Source: Amphiscolops sp. MND2022 (lineage: Eukaryota). Taken from it: a DNA stretch of 64,000 nt. The stretch is taken from assembly GCA_964187785.1 (NCBI GenBank), contig OZ076409.1:24864001-24928000 (forward strand), in the 5' to 3' direction. Both the position numbers and the translations under genes were made by a program. Shown one piece after another: positions 48,371 to 60,705 of the stretch; the first letter of the stretch is position 1, and each line of letters starts with the position of its first letter. The notes under the pieces are model-generated. The model was not told where the DNA came from and made no database searches. It saw only the letters and a program-made list of their open reading frames with translations.

Positions 48371-49271
48371 TTTCAAGGAATGGATTTGATTTCAACAGTG
48401 AATTGATCAACAGTAACAAACCAAACAGTTTTGTATCGTAACGCTTTCAATGAATGAATGAATCCCTCTTTTTACAAATTCCGCGTATATATAGATTATA
48501 CAGCATGACACGCAATATTTTGCGTGTCAGGAACTAAATTTAGGGTGATATCATTCTAAATATAGCCCCGATTTCATTGTTAAGTCACTAGTTCTAAAAA
48601 TAGACAGAGGGTTTTGACATTACGTCACACAAATGAAGAGATATAAATAGCATCAAACAAATAGTGGGTATCTTTACATGCATTCAAATTCAGGTTAAAA
48701 TCAACCTTTCATGTATTGGCAATATCAATATTCAATGAAATTCTAAGTTTGACCATGCGTCAGCATGACTGCAATAATAGACTGGTACTTTACTCTGATT
48801 GGTCAACAAGTACTTGTGACCACACGTCAATTTGACTGCAGTAGAGTACTAGTTAATTAGCTAAGAAAAGTGTTCTAAAGTACTCTTTAAACACCGTTTA
48901 ACAGCACTTGAGTTACTTGCTAAGTATTGCGGCGTTAACTAAGTGTTGTACTTTAGGTACAAATTAATTGCGAGTAATTTCATCAATGAGAAATTCTAAA
49001 TAGTAACAAATCAATAATAGCAATTGAATAAATACACAGATTGAATGCTGTCAGTTTGACCTTTGGTCTGAATAGCAATATCGAAATTGCATGTTTAGCG
49101 TTAATAATTCGGTCATTACATGCATGAAACAAATGTTAAACAATCAGAATAGATGCTAAAGTTCGTTTCAAAGTTTGTCCTAGATAGGTAGTACCCCGGG
49201 GGCTGGTGGTGTCTCATTACCTTGTGGCATCATTTGGTATAGGATGCCGTCACAAGCGGCAGCTTGCGACA
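47722..49271 (-). repeat. 5' (or solo) LTR, 1550 bp, with GTATT on both sides
   Basis: GTATT|TGTCAT...GCGACA|GTATT. No PBS follows it. Confidence 0.95.
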
Positions 49272-50899
49272 GTATTCAAAAGCTAGTGACTATTTAATGA
49301 ATAGATTGGCATGGAGGTACCGTTGGGAGTTGGGGAATTAGGGCTTCTTTTCCTTAGTCCATACAATTCATCCTGACTGTTCAACTGTTCAAACGGCTTT
49401 CAAGTGCAGTGACCAATACGCAGAATGTGCAGAGTAGAAAATCAATCTTTGTAGACAACGGATTTATTGACGTTTTCCACATTCAAGTGCTTCTGATGAT
49501 TGCAAGTAAACACAGGTGAGCCGGTTGAACGACTGGAGACCAAAGTACTGAAGCTTCAAAGCTTGCAATGAACCAGCAATCTTCAAAGAAGCTCAAGAAA
49601 AAGATGCAATGAGTTTGAAATATGATCTTTCAGCCCAAAATGAGGGGGGATAAACTGTTGGTTGGTATAAACTTTGATAACCGGAGCTGAACAGACAATT
49701 TCTCGCTTTTTTGGAAAGATGCATGCTAGACAAAATTATTGCTACAATAATTGTATAGAGAAGAAACTATCTAGTCAGAATATACGGATTTAAACGATCT
49801 ATTCTGTATCTATACTTTTCGAACTTCCCAATTAAGTTCAAACATGAACATCTTCAAAGTCGGCAAGTACTTCACTGTGAGTGTCTCCAGACGATCATCT
49901 AGACCGGTAATCTGTCAATCTTCTTCACTGACCCGTCTACAATCAGTTGAGTAGCAGTCAGGAAAAATTAAAATTCAGACTGATCTTTTTAAGATGTAGA
50001 GTGAGACGGGTATCCGTCCACGGTCGTTGATTCTTTCCCGGTATCGTCTGTGTCGTGATTTTCTAGATCCGGTTTTTATGTCGGTGATGGCCCTTTTTTG
50101 GCTGCGTTGGTTTTCTATCCTGTTTTGGTTTATGTATTAATGGGTCATTCAACCTGATAATTAGATTTGTTTTCATTTGTCGTTTAAGCATTCAGAGTTC
50201 CGACACTTGACTTGTTTTCTACGATTTCTTTTTCTGATTTAGTGGTAGGGCTCAAGTTGCTTAGTGAACAGTTGTTCCTAAATTTTTCATCTTCCCTTTT
50301 AAAATATCTAAATGATCAGAGGTCTCACAGAGGGAAAGTGCTATTGCTGAAAGTGTTCAAATGAACTGCAAGTGGTTTTCGCATAAGGCAAAAAATGAAG
50401 AAAGGGCCTTTAGTGTCATTTGTATGCCTGTTACCTAATTTTCTAATCGAACACAAATGTTTTTTTTTTGTGTAGTGACAGAAAACAAGTTGTGAACAGA
50501 CGAAGTATGAATCATTCAGTACAAAAGCCATGTTGTGAAAAAGGAAAAGATCCTTTTTATCAGCCACAAGTTTCCACAGAATAATTAAGTATGAATAATG
50601 AATATTCAAATTCGCATTCGTTGCCCTGCTCAGGCAAACAAATTTCAGAGTTGCATTTAACAGCGAAGGAAATTAGTCACTTGTTTCCAATACATTGATA
50701 AAATATGCAGTTTGAAGGTGCAACTCAAGCAAATCAAGGAAGATTTGGGTACTTATGAAACTCTTCCGCAAAATATGTTTCTCTTTCTGACTTTAGGCTC
50801 TTACAAACTAGAAGTGAATGATATTCGTCCGCCAGCCCTTCCTCATTGCAAAGTAAACAATGCGTTTCAGTTGTTCCTGAAACTTTTTTTGTGCTAGCT

Positions 50900-51790
50900 C
50901 ATTCACAAAAGAAACACACAGGAACCTACTCAATTCGCGTCGGTAAAATTGCCTCAAGTTGATAGTGTAATTTTCAATGCAGTCGTTGGATTTGTATAAA
51001 AAAGATTCTACAAAGAGTGTGCTTGTTCAAATTGGAATACTTAGTTGGTGACGAACTCAGTCTTTTCCAGAAACCAATCATCCTGGAACCAGACTCGATA
51101 CCGAAGTTCCAATCTTTCCAGTTCCCCATATACCATCGGGTTGGGTATTCCTTTTCGAACCTGTAGTCATTTTTGAGAAAGATTTTTGAGTGTTCGAGAT
51201 TTTTAATTCCCAGACTTCGCATCCATATATGAGCATATTTATAATCAGCGAGTCTAACAAATGCAGTTTAGATACAACGAATAGGTTATGGCCTATTGTT
51301 TCATATATTATTTTTACCTCGGCCACATTTTTTGTCTTTTTGGCATTTGAGAAGTGTTATTATCCTTGGAAACAACACCCAAGTAACAGAAACTATCTAC
51401 GCGTTCAAAAACACAATCGTTCATTACATTCACTTGGCATTGAAGACTAGCTCGAGAAAACGTCATGTGTTTTGTTTAGGCCCAATTGATTTTCAGATTC
51501 GAAGCTCAACAGTACAGTAATTAGATAGTCTCCAGTGCTTTTTGCATATCTTCTACACTCTCAGTTAGTATTATAGTATCGTCAGCATATAGAATGACAC
51601 GGAGGTTCAAAACAATATGAGTTTTTTCTTCGCTAAACTTTCTCAGTGAAGACAGACCGTTACAGTTGTTTCCAACGAAATGTCCAGAATCATTGATCAA
51701 ACTAGTGAAAAGTCAATGTGTTAAAATATCTCCTAGTCTGACACCCACATGGCAACTAAAAAGTCTGTAGATTACACTATTTTAGATAGC
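50900..51790 (-). pseudogene. Decayed LINE (non-LTR) reverse transcriptase fragment
   Basis: The minus strand gives GVRLGD (GVRQG-like), VILYADDTIILTESVEDMQKAL and MLIYGCEVW, with stops and frameshifts. Boundaries are approximate. Confidence 0.8.
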
Positions 51791-53217
51791 AAAAACATAA
51801 GGTCCTTGTAAAAAAAGCCTCTTCTGAAGCCTGCTTGCTTATGCTGCGGGTAGCTTCGCAACACATTTGTACTCTGGCGGTAATGATGGAAGCGAAAAAC
51901 TTCCCAATTCAGTTTATCAGAGAAACTCCCCTATAGATGTTCGAGTCTGATTAAGGTCGTTTCTTAGAAATGCAAGGGTATACTGTATTGAGAAAACATC
52001 TTCAGCAGACGAGTCAATCGAGATCAACAAAATCCAGAAAATAAACAGTGAAAACCTAACGAAGGAGTTACAACGCGACGCTACTGAGCAGTACCGTATC
52101 AATCAAGTCATTATTGACAGCGGATCAGATTCAAAACTGATTCAAAAAACGAAATACCCAAAGTAGAACCTTGAAATCCCTTTACAGGGAAAAAACAATA
52201 ACAAAATCGAAATCGCCACATCGACAAAAGCAACAGGTAAACTACATGAGGAAACACTCGATTTACCACTACTGATAACAAAAGCAGAGCCTTGACCGTT
52301 TGGGCATTGATGACTAACTGCAACGGCTAAGAACAGACGTAAACACGGAGAACTAAGGCCACGAATAGTATGGAATAAACCTGAGGGCTCGGATGGCAAA
52401 AATTTGACAAAAATACTGAACTTCCACCGCGCCCAGAGCCAGAAACGAGAACTACAATTTCAGTTAAAGCAGGGGCAGTCCTTGTATTTTACTGTTTTTG
52501 AAGCACTTTAGCGGGCTGGCGGACAAACCAACTATTTGTCAAGAACGGATAGTCGCAACACATATGCAGTAAACCAACTGGAAAATTTTTGAGTACTGGA
52601 GAGATCAGAAACGTTCGCCTCCACATTTACGGAAGAACGGGCGAATAATTATTCAACCATCAAGCTTTTTACCTTTTGTTAAAGAAATTTAGATGAAACA
52701 AAAAACAATCAATGAAGCGCAAAGTACCGAGATGGCTGAATAGATAAGCGCATTTTGACATAAAGGGAAATCACTTTGCAAGAAAAACAACAAAATTTGA
52801 GTGGCAACTCAGTGTCAGAGCCAGAGGCAATCGAAACCTATGATAAAGAAAGTGTATTCAATGCGTGAACGATACATTTCACTATACAGTTCACTATAAA
52901 TTACAGCAGCAATGCCGAGTCATAGAAAAATGAGGTGCAAAATGGAACGAAACAAGATGCGTGAATCGAAAACCAACCAATCAGATGAAAGAGACACGAG
53001 TAAACGGAACTAAAAAAACATACAAAACAATCGCAGTGCTTTGGTAAAGAATGAAAAATCAGCCTACCACGTCAATATTAGAGATACACAAACCAACCGT
53101 AGAAGGAAAAATGATCTTAGGAAGAAAAAAAACAAGCCGGGAACGGCCAAAGTCAGCACCCGGCTAAGGTTCAAAGATAAATGTTGTTTTTTGATAAAAT
53201 TTCATCAATTTTACATT

Positions 53218-53417
53218 NNNNNNNNNNNNNNNNNNNNNNNNNNNNNNNNNNNNNNNNNNNNNNNNNNNNNNNNNNNNNNNNNNNNNNNNNNNNNNNNNNN
53301 NNNNNNNNNNNNNNNNNNNNNNNNNNNNNNNNNNNNNNNNNNNNNNNNNNNNNNNNNNNNNNNNNNNNNNNNNNNNNNNNNNNNNNNNNNNNNNNNNNNN
53401 NNNNNNNNNNNNNNNNN
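53218..53417. other. Assembly gap (200 N)
   Basis: Run of N. Confidence 1.
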
Positions 53418-55041
53418 CAAAGATTGAAAGGCGCTTTGTAATTGTAAACGTAATCAGAATACGTGGCAATGTAGCTGTATAGCGTGAAGGAACCGAGTTT
53501 AAGTGGACGAGACTCCTATTCCGGAGACGTCACTTGAGCTCAGCATTTTAGCCAATCACGTCGCTTCTCTTTGCTATATTAGTACTGTTTTGATTATGTA
53601 GTGGCCGAGTATGGCCAATTGACTCAATATATATACTCCACTACACGCTTTAGTCGAATGGCCGGTTCCGGCCACCTAGATGAAGTGAATTGTATACTCG
53701 TGTAATTAACCATAACAATCGGAAATTGCTGTAAATGTATCCCTAATGATGAATGAAAGCCTCCACCCCGATCAATGAACCTAGTAGACCTAGTGCTAAT
53801 ATAAAGGCCGAAGTCTTTTGCCCTCCCTTATTATAATGCTGGATTAAAAAACCGGATTTGTCCATTTTCGGCCTTGATAAAAAGTGTGATATTTTGATAG
53901 TGTAGTACTATTTTAAACAAGCTGATCATGTAATATTTGATTTTGTTTCAACCTGTGTTAAATAATAAACACGTGGCAACGCGTGTCGCAATGACATTCC
54001 AAAAGGGATGCCTCTTACATTCCTTCAGTGAGTATTGGTATTTGTTGACAAGATAATGGTGTTGATGTTTTCATAAAACAATACTTAGAGGTGCGGTTTG
54101 TGTACCTACCGAAGTGCTATTTATTTGATGTTGGATTCTCAGAAATTACCTGAATGTCGGGAATTTACCCGATTGGGGTTTCACTCAAATATGTGCTTTG
54201 AAGTGTTGATTACTTCACTAGTAATAATGATGATGTTTACCTCGTGACCTGTTAAGGCCGCGATCATGTAATATTCTCTTAATCAAAGAGTCCGTGGAAT
54301 GTGGCTGTCACCTTTTGAGAGTATATATACCTATGTTTCGAGAGGAGAAGTCATATTTTTCACATCTCTGCTTTGATAAAGAGTGAATTGATATAACGAT
54401 TCTCAACTAGTTTTCCGGTTTAAATAATTGAACTATTTGACCCGGTTCTGTCTTGATGCCTGTGACTAGGAAACAAAAGAAAGCGAGGAAATCGAGATGA
54501 ATAGAGATGCTCTCGGATATAGAAAACTTAGACATCATGCTTGGTGAAAACCATTATAGCAGGAATGAAAGAGATGAGAGCGTCAACAGTAATCAGGCTA
54601 GGGGACCAAGAAGCGTCCTAAGAGATGAATTTGAAAACAATGGTGAAAATAATTACCTGGAAACAGGTAGTCTCGACCCCGGTACTAGTGCCAATCATGG
54701 CCAAAATTCAACAGGAGACAATTCAAGTGCCGAGATCAACAGGTTGTCAAGCGAGTTGAATTCGAGATTGTCTATGGAACTTGATGATATGATGAGTAGT
54801 GTTAATACCCAGATTCAGAGGGCAATCAATGATGCGATCAGTGGTCAAATCTTACCGCAAATCCAATCTGTCCTAAATGCCGGATCGGGACAATCAACAC
54901 TAAATAAATGGAACGTTCCGTCCGAGAGACCGGAAGTGAACTCCGAAGAGACCTTTGGTGAGAAAGCCAAGAAAAGCAATAGAAGTGAGCAGCGCTTTGA
55001 TTACCAAAATGGTAGTCAGCCTAACTTACGTGCTTACGACA
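53418..55041 (+). mobile_element. LTR of a related Gypsy family (start lost in the gap); partial second copy at 57302-58451
   Basis: GTATATATAC at ~54321, then a gag-like ORF ending at ...TACGACA (RAYD, cf. GYD/TATGACA in the main element). No PBS follows. Confidence 0.7.
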
Positions 55042-58000
55042 ACTGCATAGCTAGTTTTATCGTCTTCTTACGTTTTAAATCCTATAACACATAAAACTTC
55101 TCGGAAAATGTACACGATTTGAAAATATTAAAAAACGATAAAAACAGGATTTTTGTGGACAATTCGACATTTTCCTCTTCAATTTTTGTGAAATAAATGC
55201 ATTAATCTCTTCACAAAAGCCTACTGGACAACGATTTTTTTTGCTTTTCGAACGTTTTCAACATTTTAATTCACGACATTTAAGTTATTATTTATTTATT
55301 TAATTTATTAAATTTGACCATAGTTGGATAAAAACATAAAAATTAAAACTTTTTGGAGTTTTTGTCAATTTCGGGGTCAAGGAGACATTTTCCATGAAAA
55401 GTTGCATTTAGTTTTTAGACAAGCCTCCTGGACAACGAATTCTTTCCTTGTTGAACGTTTGTTCCTATTTGATCTTATCACACATTTATTCCGTGGTACG
55501 ATTTTCAGTAAGATTTGTAGCATTTTTGTAAAATCGTTCCACATCGTAACTAGAATAAGCCTGATAGTGCTGAGCGTCAGCCGGGAATCGCCAAAAAAGC
55601 AATTTCCTCGTTATTAGTTACTCGGGTTACCACTCCTTACATTCATACTTTGACCAAAAAAAACCCTGTGACAAGATGTTGGTACGAAATCTACGAACTT
55701 GACTTGGGCTGGACTCGTTGTTATATTCATCAAATTATCAATGATCAGTCATGATAAAAGATATCGGAGTGTATGTAAAGTTAATTTATAAAATTTCTTT
55801 CGAGGGTGATTTCAGGGGTAATAGACGTTGGTAAAAATACTTTCAGACAGAAATAAATTGACTAAAATTCTCGATTACCGCTCGACTGAAATGCGGCCTT
55901 TTTTGAGATCTCAATGGAACAAATTTAGCACGTTGCTTTAGTTAATGGGCCGGCCTTTGTTGGTTACTGTCAGAAGAAAAATTACTCCAATGGGCGTAAT
56001 GGGGAACATGGGCAATAAATTTGGCGAGATTTTTTTCCACAAAGGAAGCAACGAGGCATAAAACTGGGATAGGACTAACAAAAATGCGGGGCTCTAAAAA
56101 GCATGTCGAATATATTAAAAAGTCTTTGTTGAAGGTCTTGGGTATCTGTACATTTCATGAATTTCAAACATTTTCCTGGCTTGGGAAATTCTGTTTAATC
56201 CTAATATTGTAAAACAACAAATCATTTATGTAGCTTCAACTTTTAGAGAAGTAGGAAACTGAATTTTTGGAAGTATCAGTAATTTCCTGTCACGTTAGGG
56301 AGTTTGCCCACCTATTATATTAACAATTCAAATTTCGTAACTGAATTAGAGTAATTGACTGTCATCAAAGAGTTTCCATGCTAGCGGCTTCTTTCTAAGA
56401 TTGTTGTAATTTTTCATTTCCTCCGACGTTTCCTTCGAGTTCACACAGAACACTTTTATCAAACCGGCTGTTCTGTTTCGTGTTTTTATCAAACCGGATC
56501 TCTGTTTGGCTAACGACTTCGACTATTTTTAACTTCCTTTATGATATTCAATGATTCAGCCTTTTTCAATCAACAGTGGTATCTTTGTATGTGTGCTTTA
56601 CAAGATATTTATAATACATTTACCAAAGTATACTGTAAAGAGGGAAATTGTAGTATCTTTTGATAAGATGCATAATGAATGCTTTTTTCCTGGGAGCGAT
56701 AAGCAGGGAAAAACAAATTGATGGGATAGAAAATAATGAGATACATCACTCCGCTAAATTGGCTCCCAATTGTATAACAACCCTTCGAATTCTTGATAAT
56801 GTCTAGGAACAAATTTCAGCTACCGTATCTAATTTAACATGCTTTCTACTGTAAAATGTTCATATAGCTTACATTTCCTCTAGTTTTGTAGTATGACTAC
56901 GAGCTGAACAAAATATCATCAACAATTCAAATTGAAAAAATCTGTGGAAAATGTAAATACAATAAAAACAGCTAATTTACTGGAAATAGTTCCTACCAAT
57001 ACACCGGTTGCTCCTAATAATTCCTTGAGAGGTGTGTGTATACTTTATAAGAAATGACTCAATTTGCAACTCTGGTTCCAATTTAGAGAACATTTAATAT
57101 TTGCTGTTTTATAAACATTCGAGTTTAGAAAATGGTTCCAGCACAAGTATTAAAGCTCTCAGTTTTCATGACAAATAGTTCAAAAACCATTCCATTTCAA
57201 GTATAGCATTTCAAAGGCGGAATTATTCAAATTAGGTTATTAAAATAGGGCGTATGAAAACAAAAACAAATTATAATCAACCATTTCCTGATTTGATGCT
57301 GTTTTGATAGTGTAGTACTATTTTAAACAAGCTGATCATGTAAGATTTGATTTTGTTTCAACCTGTGTTAAATAATAAACACGTGGCAACGCGTGTCGCA
57401 ATGACATTCCAAAAGGGATGCCTCTTACTTTCCTTCAGTGAGTATTGGTATTTGTTGACAAGATAATGGTGTTGATGTTTTCATAAAACAATACTTAGAG
57501 GTGCGGTTTGTGTACCTACCGAAGTGCTATTTATTTGATGTTGGATTCTCAGAAATTACCTGAATGTCGGGAATTTACCCGATTGGGGTTTCACTCAAAT
57601 ATGTGCTTTGAAGTGTTGATTACTTCACTAGTAATAATGATGATGTTTACCTCGTGACCTGTTAAGGCCGCGATCATGTAATATTCTCTTAATCAAAGAG
57701 TCCGTGGAATGTGGCTGTCACCTTTTGAGAGTATATATACCCATGTTTCGAGAGGAGAAGTCATATTTTTCACATCTCTGCTTTGATAAAGAGTGAATTG
57801 ATATAACGATTCTCAACTAGTTTTCCGGTTTAAATAATTGAACTATTTGACCCGGTTCTGTCTTGATGCCTGTGACTAGGAAACAAAAGAAAGCGAGGAA
57901 ATCGAGATGAATAGAGATGCTCTCGGATATAGAAAACTTAGACATCATGCTTGGTGAAAACCATTATAGCAGGAATGAAAGAGATGAGAGCGTCAACAGT

Positions 58001-60705
58001 AATCAGGCTAGGGGACCAAGAAGCGTCCTAAGAGATGAATTTGAAAACAATGGTGAAAATAATTACCTGGAAACAGGTAGTCTCGACCCCGGTACTAGTG
58101 CCAATCATGGCCAAAATTCAACAGGAGACAATTCAAGTGCCGAGATCAACAGGTTGTCAAGCGAGTTGAATTCGAGATTGTCTATGGAACTTGATGATAT
58201 GATGAGTAGTGTTAATACCCAGATTCAGAGGGCAATCAATGATGCGATCAGTGGTCAAATCTTACCGCAAATCCAATCTGTCCTAAATGCCGGATCGGGA
58301 CAATCAACACTAAATAAATGGAACGTTCCGTCCGAGAGACCGGAAGTGAACTCCGAAGAGACCTTTGGTGAGAAAGCCAAGAAAAGCAATAGAAGTGAGC
58401 AGCGCTTTGATTACCAAAATGGTAGTCAGCCTAACTTACGTGCTTACGACAACTGCATAGCTAGTTTTATCGTCTTCTTACGTTTTAAATCCTATAACAC
58501 ATAAAACTTCTCGGAAAATGTACACGATTTGAAAATATTAAAAAACGATAAAAACAGGATTTTTGTGGATAATTCGACATTTTCCTCTTCAATTTTTGTG
58601 AAATAAATGCATTAATCTCTTCACAAAAGCCCACTGGACAACGATTTTTTTTGCTTTTCGAACGTTTTCAACATTTTAATTCACGACATTTAAGTTATTA
58701 TTTATTTATTTAATTTATTAAATTTGACCATAGTTGGATAAAAACATAAAAATTAAAACTTTTTGGAGTTTTTGTCAATTTCGGGGTCAAGGAGACATTT
58801 TCCATGAAAAGTTGCATTTAGTTTTTAGACAAGCCTCCTGGACAACGAATTCTTTCCTTGTTGAACGTTTGTTCCTATTTGATCTTATCACACATTTATT
58901 CCGTGGTACGATTTTCAGTAAGATTTGTAGCATTTTTGTAAAATCGTTCCACATCGTAACTAGAATAAGCCTGATAGTGCTGAGCGTCAGCCGGGAATCG
59001 CCAAAAAAGCAATTTCCTCGTTATTAGTTACTCGGGTTACCACTCCTTACATTCATACTTTGACCAAAAAAAACCCTGTGACAAGATGTTGGTACGAAAT
59101 CTACGAACTTGACTTGGGCTGGACTCGTTGTTATATTTATCAAATTATCAATGATCAGTCATGATAAAAGATATCGGAGTGTATGTAAAGTTAATTTATA
59201 AAATTTCTTTCGAGGGTGATTTCAGGGGTAATAGACGTTGGTAAAAATACTTTCAGACAGAAATAAATTGACTAAAATTCTCGATTACCGCTCGACTGAA
59301 ATGCGGCCTTTTTTGAGATCTCAATGGAACAAATTTAGCACGTTGCTTTAGTTAATGGGCCGGCCTTTGTTGGTTACTGTCAGAAGAAAAATTACTCCAA
59401 TGGGCGTAATGGGGAACATGGGCAATAAATTTGGCGAGATTTTTTTCCACAAAGGAAGCAACGAGGCATAAAACTGGGATAGGACTAACAAAAATGCGGG
59501 GCTCTAAAAAGCATGTCGAATATATTAAAAAGTCTTTGTTGAAGGTCTTGGGTATCTGTACATTTCATGAATTTCAAACATTTTCCTGGCTTGGGAAATT
59601 CTGTTTAATCCTAATATTGTAAAACAACAAATCATTTATGTAGCTTCAACTTTTAGAGAAGTAGGAAACTGAATTTTTGGAAGTATCAGTAATTTCCTGT
59701 CACGTTAGGGAGTTTGCCCACCTATTATATTAACAATTCAAATTTCGTAACTGAATTAGAGTAATTGACTGTCATCAAAGAGTTTCCATGCTAGCGGCTT
59801 CTTTCTAACATTGTTGTAATTTTTCATTTCCTCCGACGTTTCCTTCGAGTTCACACAGAACACTTTTATCAAACCGGCTGTTCTGTTTCGTGTGGGATCT
59901 CTGTTTGGCTAACGACTTCGACTATTTTTAACTTCCTTTATGATATTCAATGATTCAGCCTTTTTCAATCAACAGTGGTATCTTTGTATGTGTGCTTTAC
60001 AAGATATTTATAATACATTTACCAAAGTATACTGTAAAGAGGGAAATTGTAGTATCTTTTGATAAGATGCATAATGAATGCTTTTTTCCTGGGAGCGATA
60101 AGCAGGGAAAAACAAATTGATGGGATAGAAAATAATGAGATACATCACTCCGCTAAATTGGCTCCCCATTGTATAACAACCCTTCGAATTCTTGATAATG
60201 TCTAGGAACAAATTTCAGCTACCGTATCTAATTTAACATGCTTTCTACTGTAAAATGTTCATATAGCTTACATTTCCTCTAGTTTTGTAGTATGACTACG
60301 AGCTGAACAAAATATCATCAACAATTCAAATTGAAAAAATCTGTGGAAAATGTAAATACAATAAAAACAGCTAATTTACTGGAAATAGTTCCTACCAATA
60401 CACCGGTTGCTCCTAATAATTCCTTGAGAGGTGTGTGTATACTTTATAAGAAATGACTCAATTTGCAACTCTGGTTCCAATTTAGAGAACATTTAATATT
60501 TGCTGTTTTATAAACATTCGAGTTTAGAAAATGGTTCCAGCACAAGTATTAAAGCTCTCAGTTTTCATGACAAATAGTTCAAAAACCATTCCATTTCAAG
60601 TATAGCATTTCAAAGGCGAAATTATTCAAATTAGGTTATTAAAATAGGGCGTATGAAAACAAAAACAAATTATAATCAACCATTTCCTGATTTGATGCTG
60701 TTTTG
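53892..60705. repeat. 3.4-kb head-to-tail tandem duplication (53892-57301; 57302-60705)
   Basis: Offset is 3410, then 3399 after an 11-bp indel near 56483/59893. I see about 10 differences by eye. There is TTTTG microhomology at the junction. Confidence 0.95.
54456..55094 (+). pseudogene. LTR-borne gag-like N-terminus with a premature stop; duplicated at 57866-58504
   Basis: MPVTRKQKKARKSR*IEMLSDIENLDIMLG aligns with MPSTRKQKAREKRSRQSDIMSDIENLDVMLG. AINDAISGQILPQI aligns with VINSAIDEKILPSI. Confidence 0.75.

Larger units (their letters stand above)
33856..49069. promoter_or_regulatory. Dispersed 24-bp motif TGCYGTC-N4-KGACN-N3-NGTCY, about 20 copies (candidate protein-binding sites)
   Basis: Plus-strand copies start at 33856, 33913, 34195, 35040, 36837, 36910, 38876, 39633, 40416, 42199, 42277, 42370, 46652, 46971, 47862, 47919, 48201 and 49046. 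Minus-strand copies are at 36347-36370 and 43734-43757. The motif is seen directly; its function is inferred. Confidence 0.75.
33716..49271 (-). mobile_element. Complex Ty3/Gypsy LTR retrotransposon; PBS and gag body missing and replaced by duplicated flank
   Basis: 1550-bp LTRs TGTCGC...ATGACA (minus strand) at 33716-35265 and 47722-49271. 5-bp TSD GTATT at 33711-33715 and 49272-49276. PPT present. Pol order is PR-RT-RH-IN. Confidence 0.95.

Noticed and set aside
52100..52700. Possible decayed retroelement coding remnants (also ~26100-26660 and ~28000-28600)
   Set aside because: Purine-rich, coding-like composition but no diagnostic motif that I could verify.
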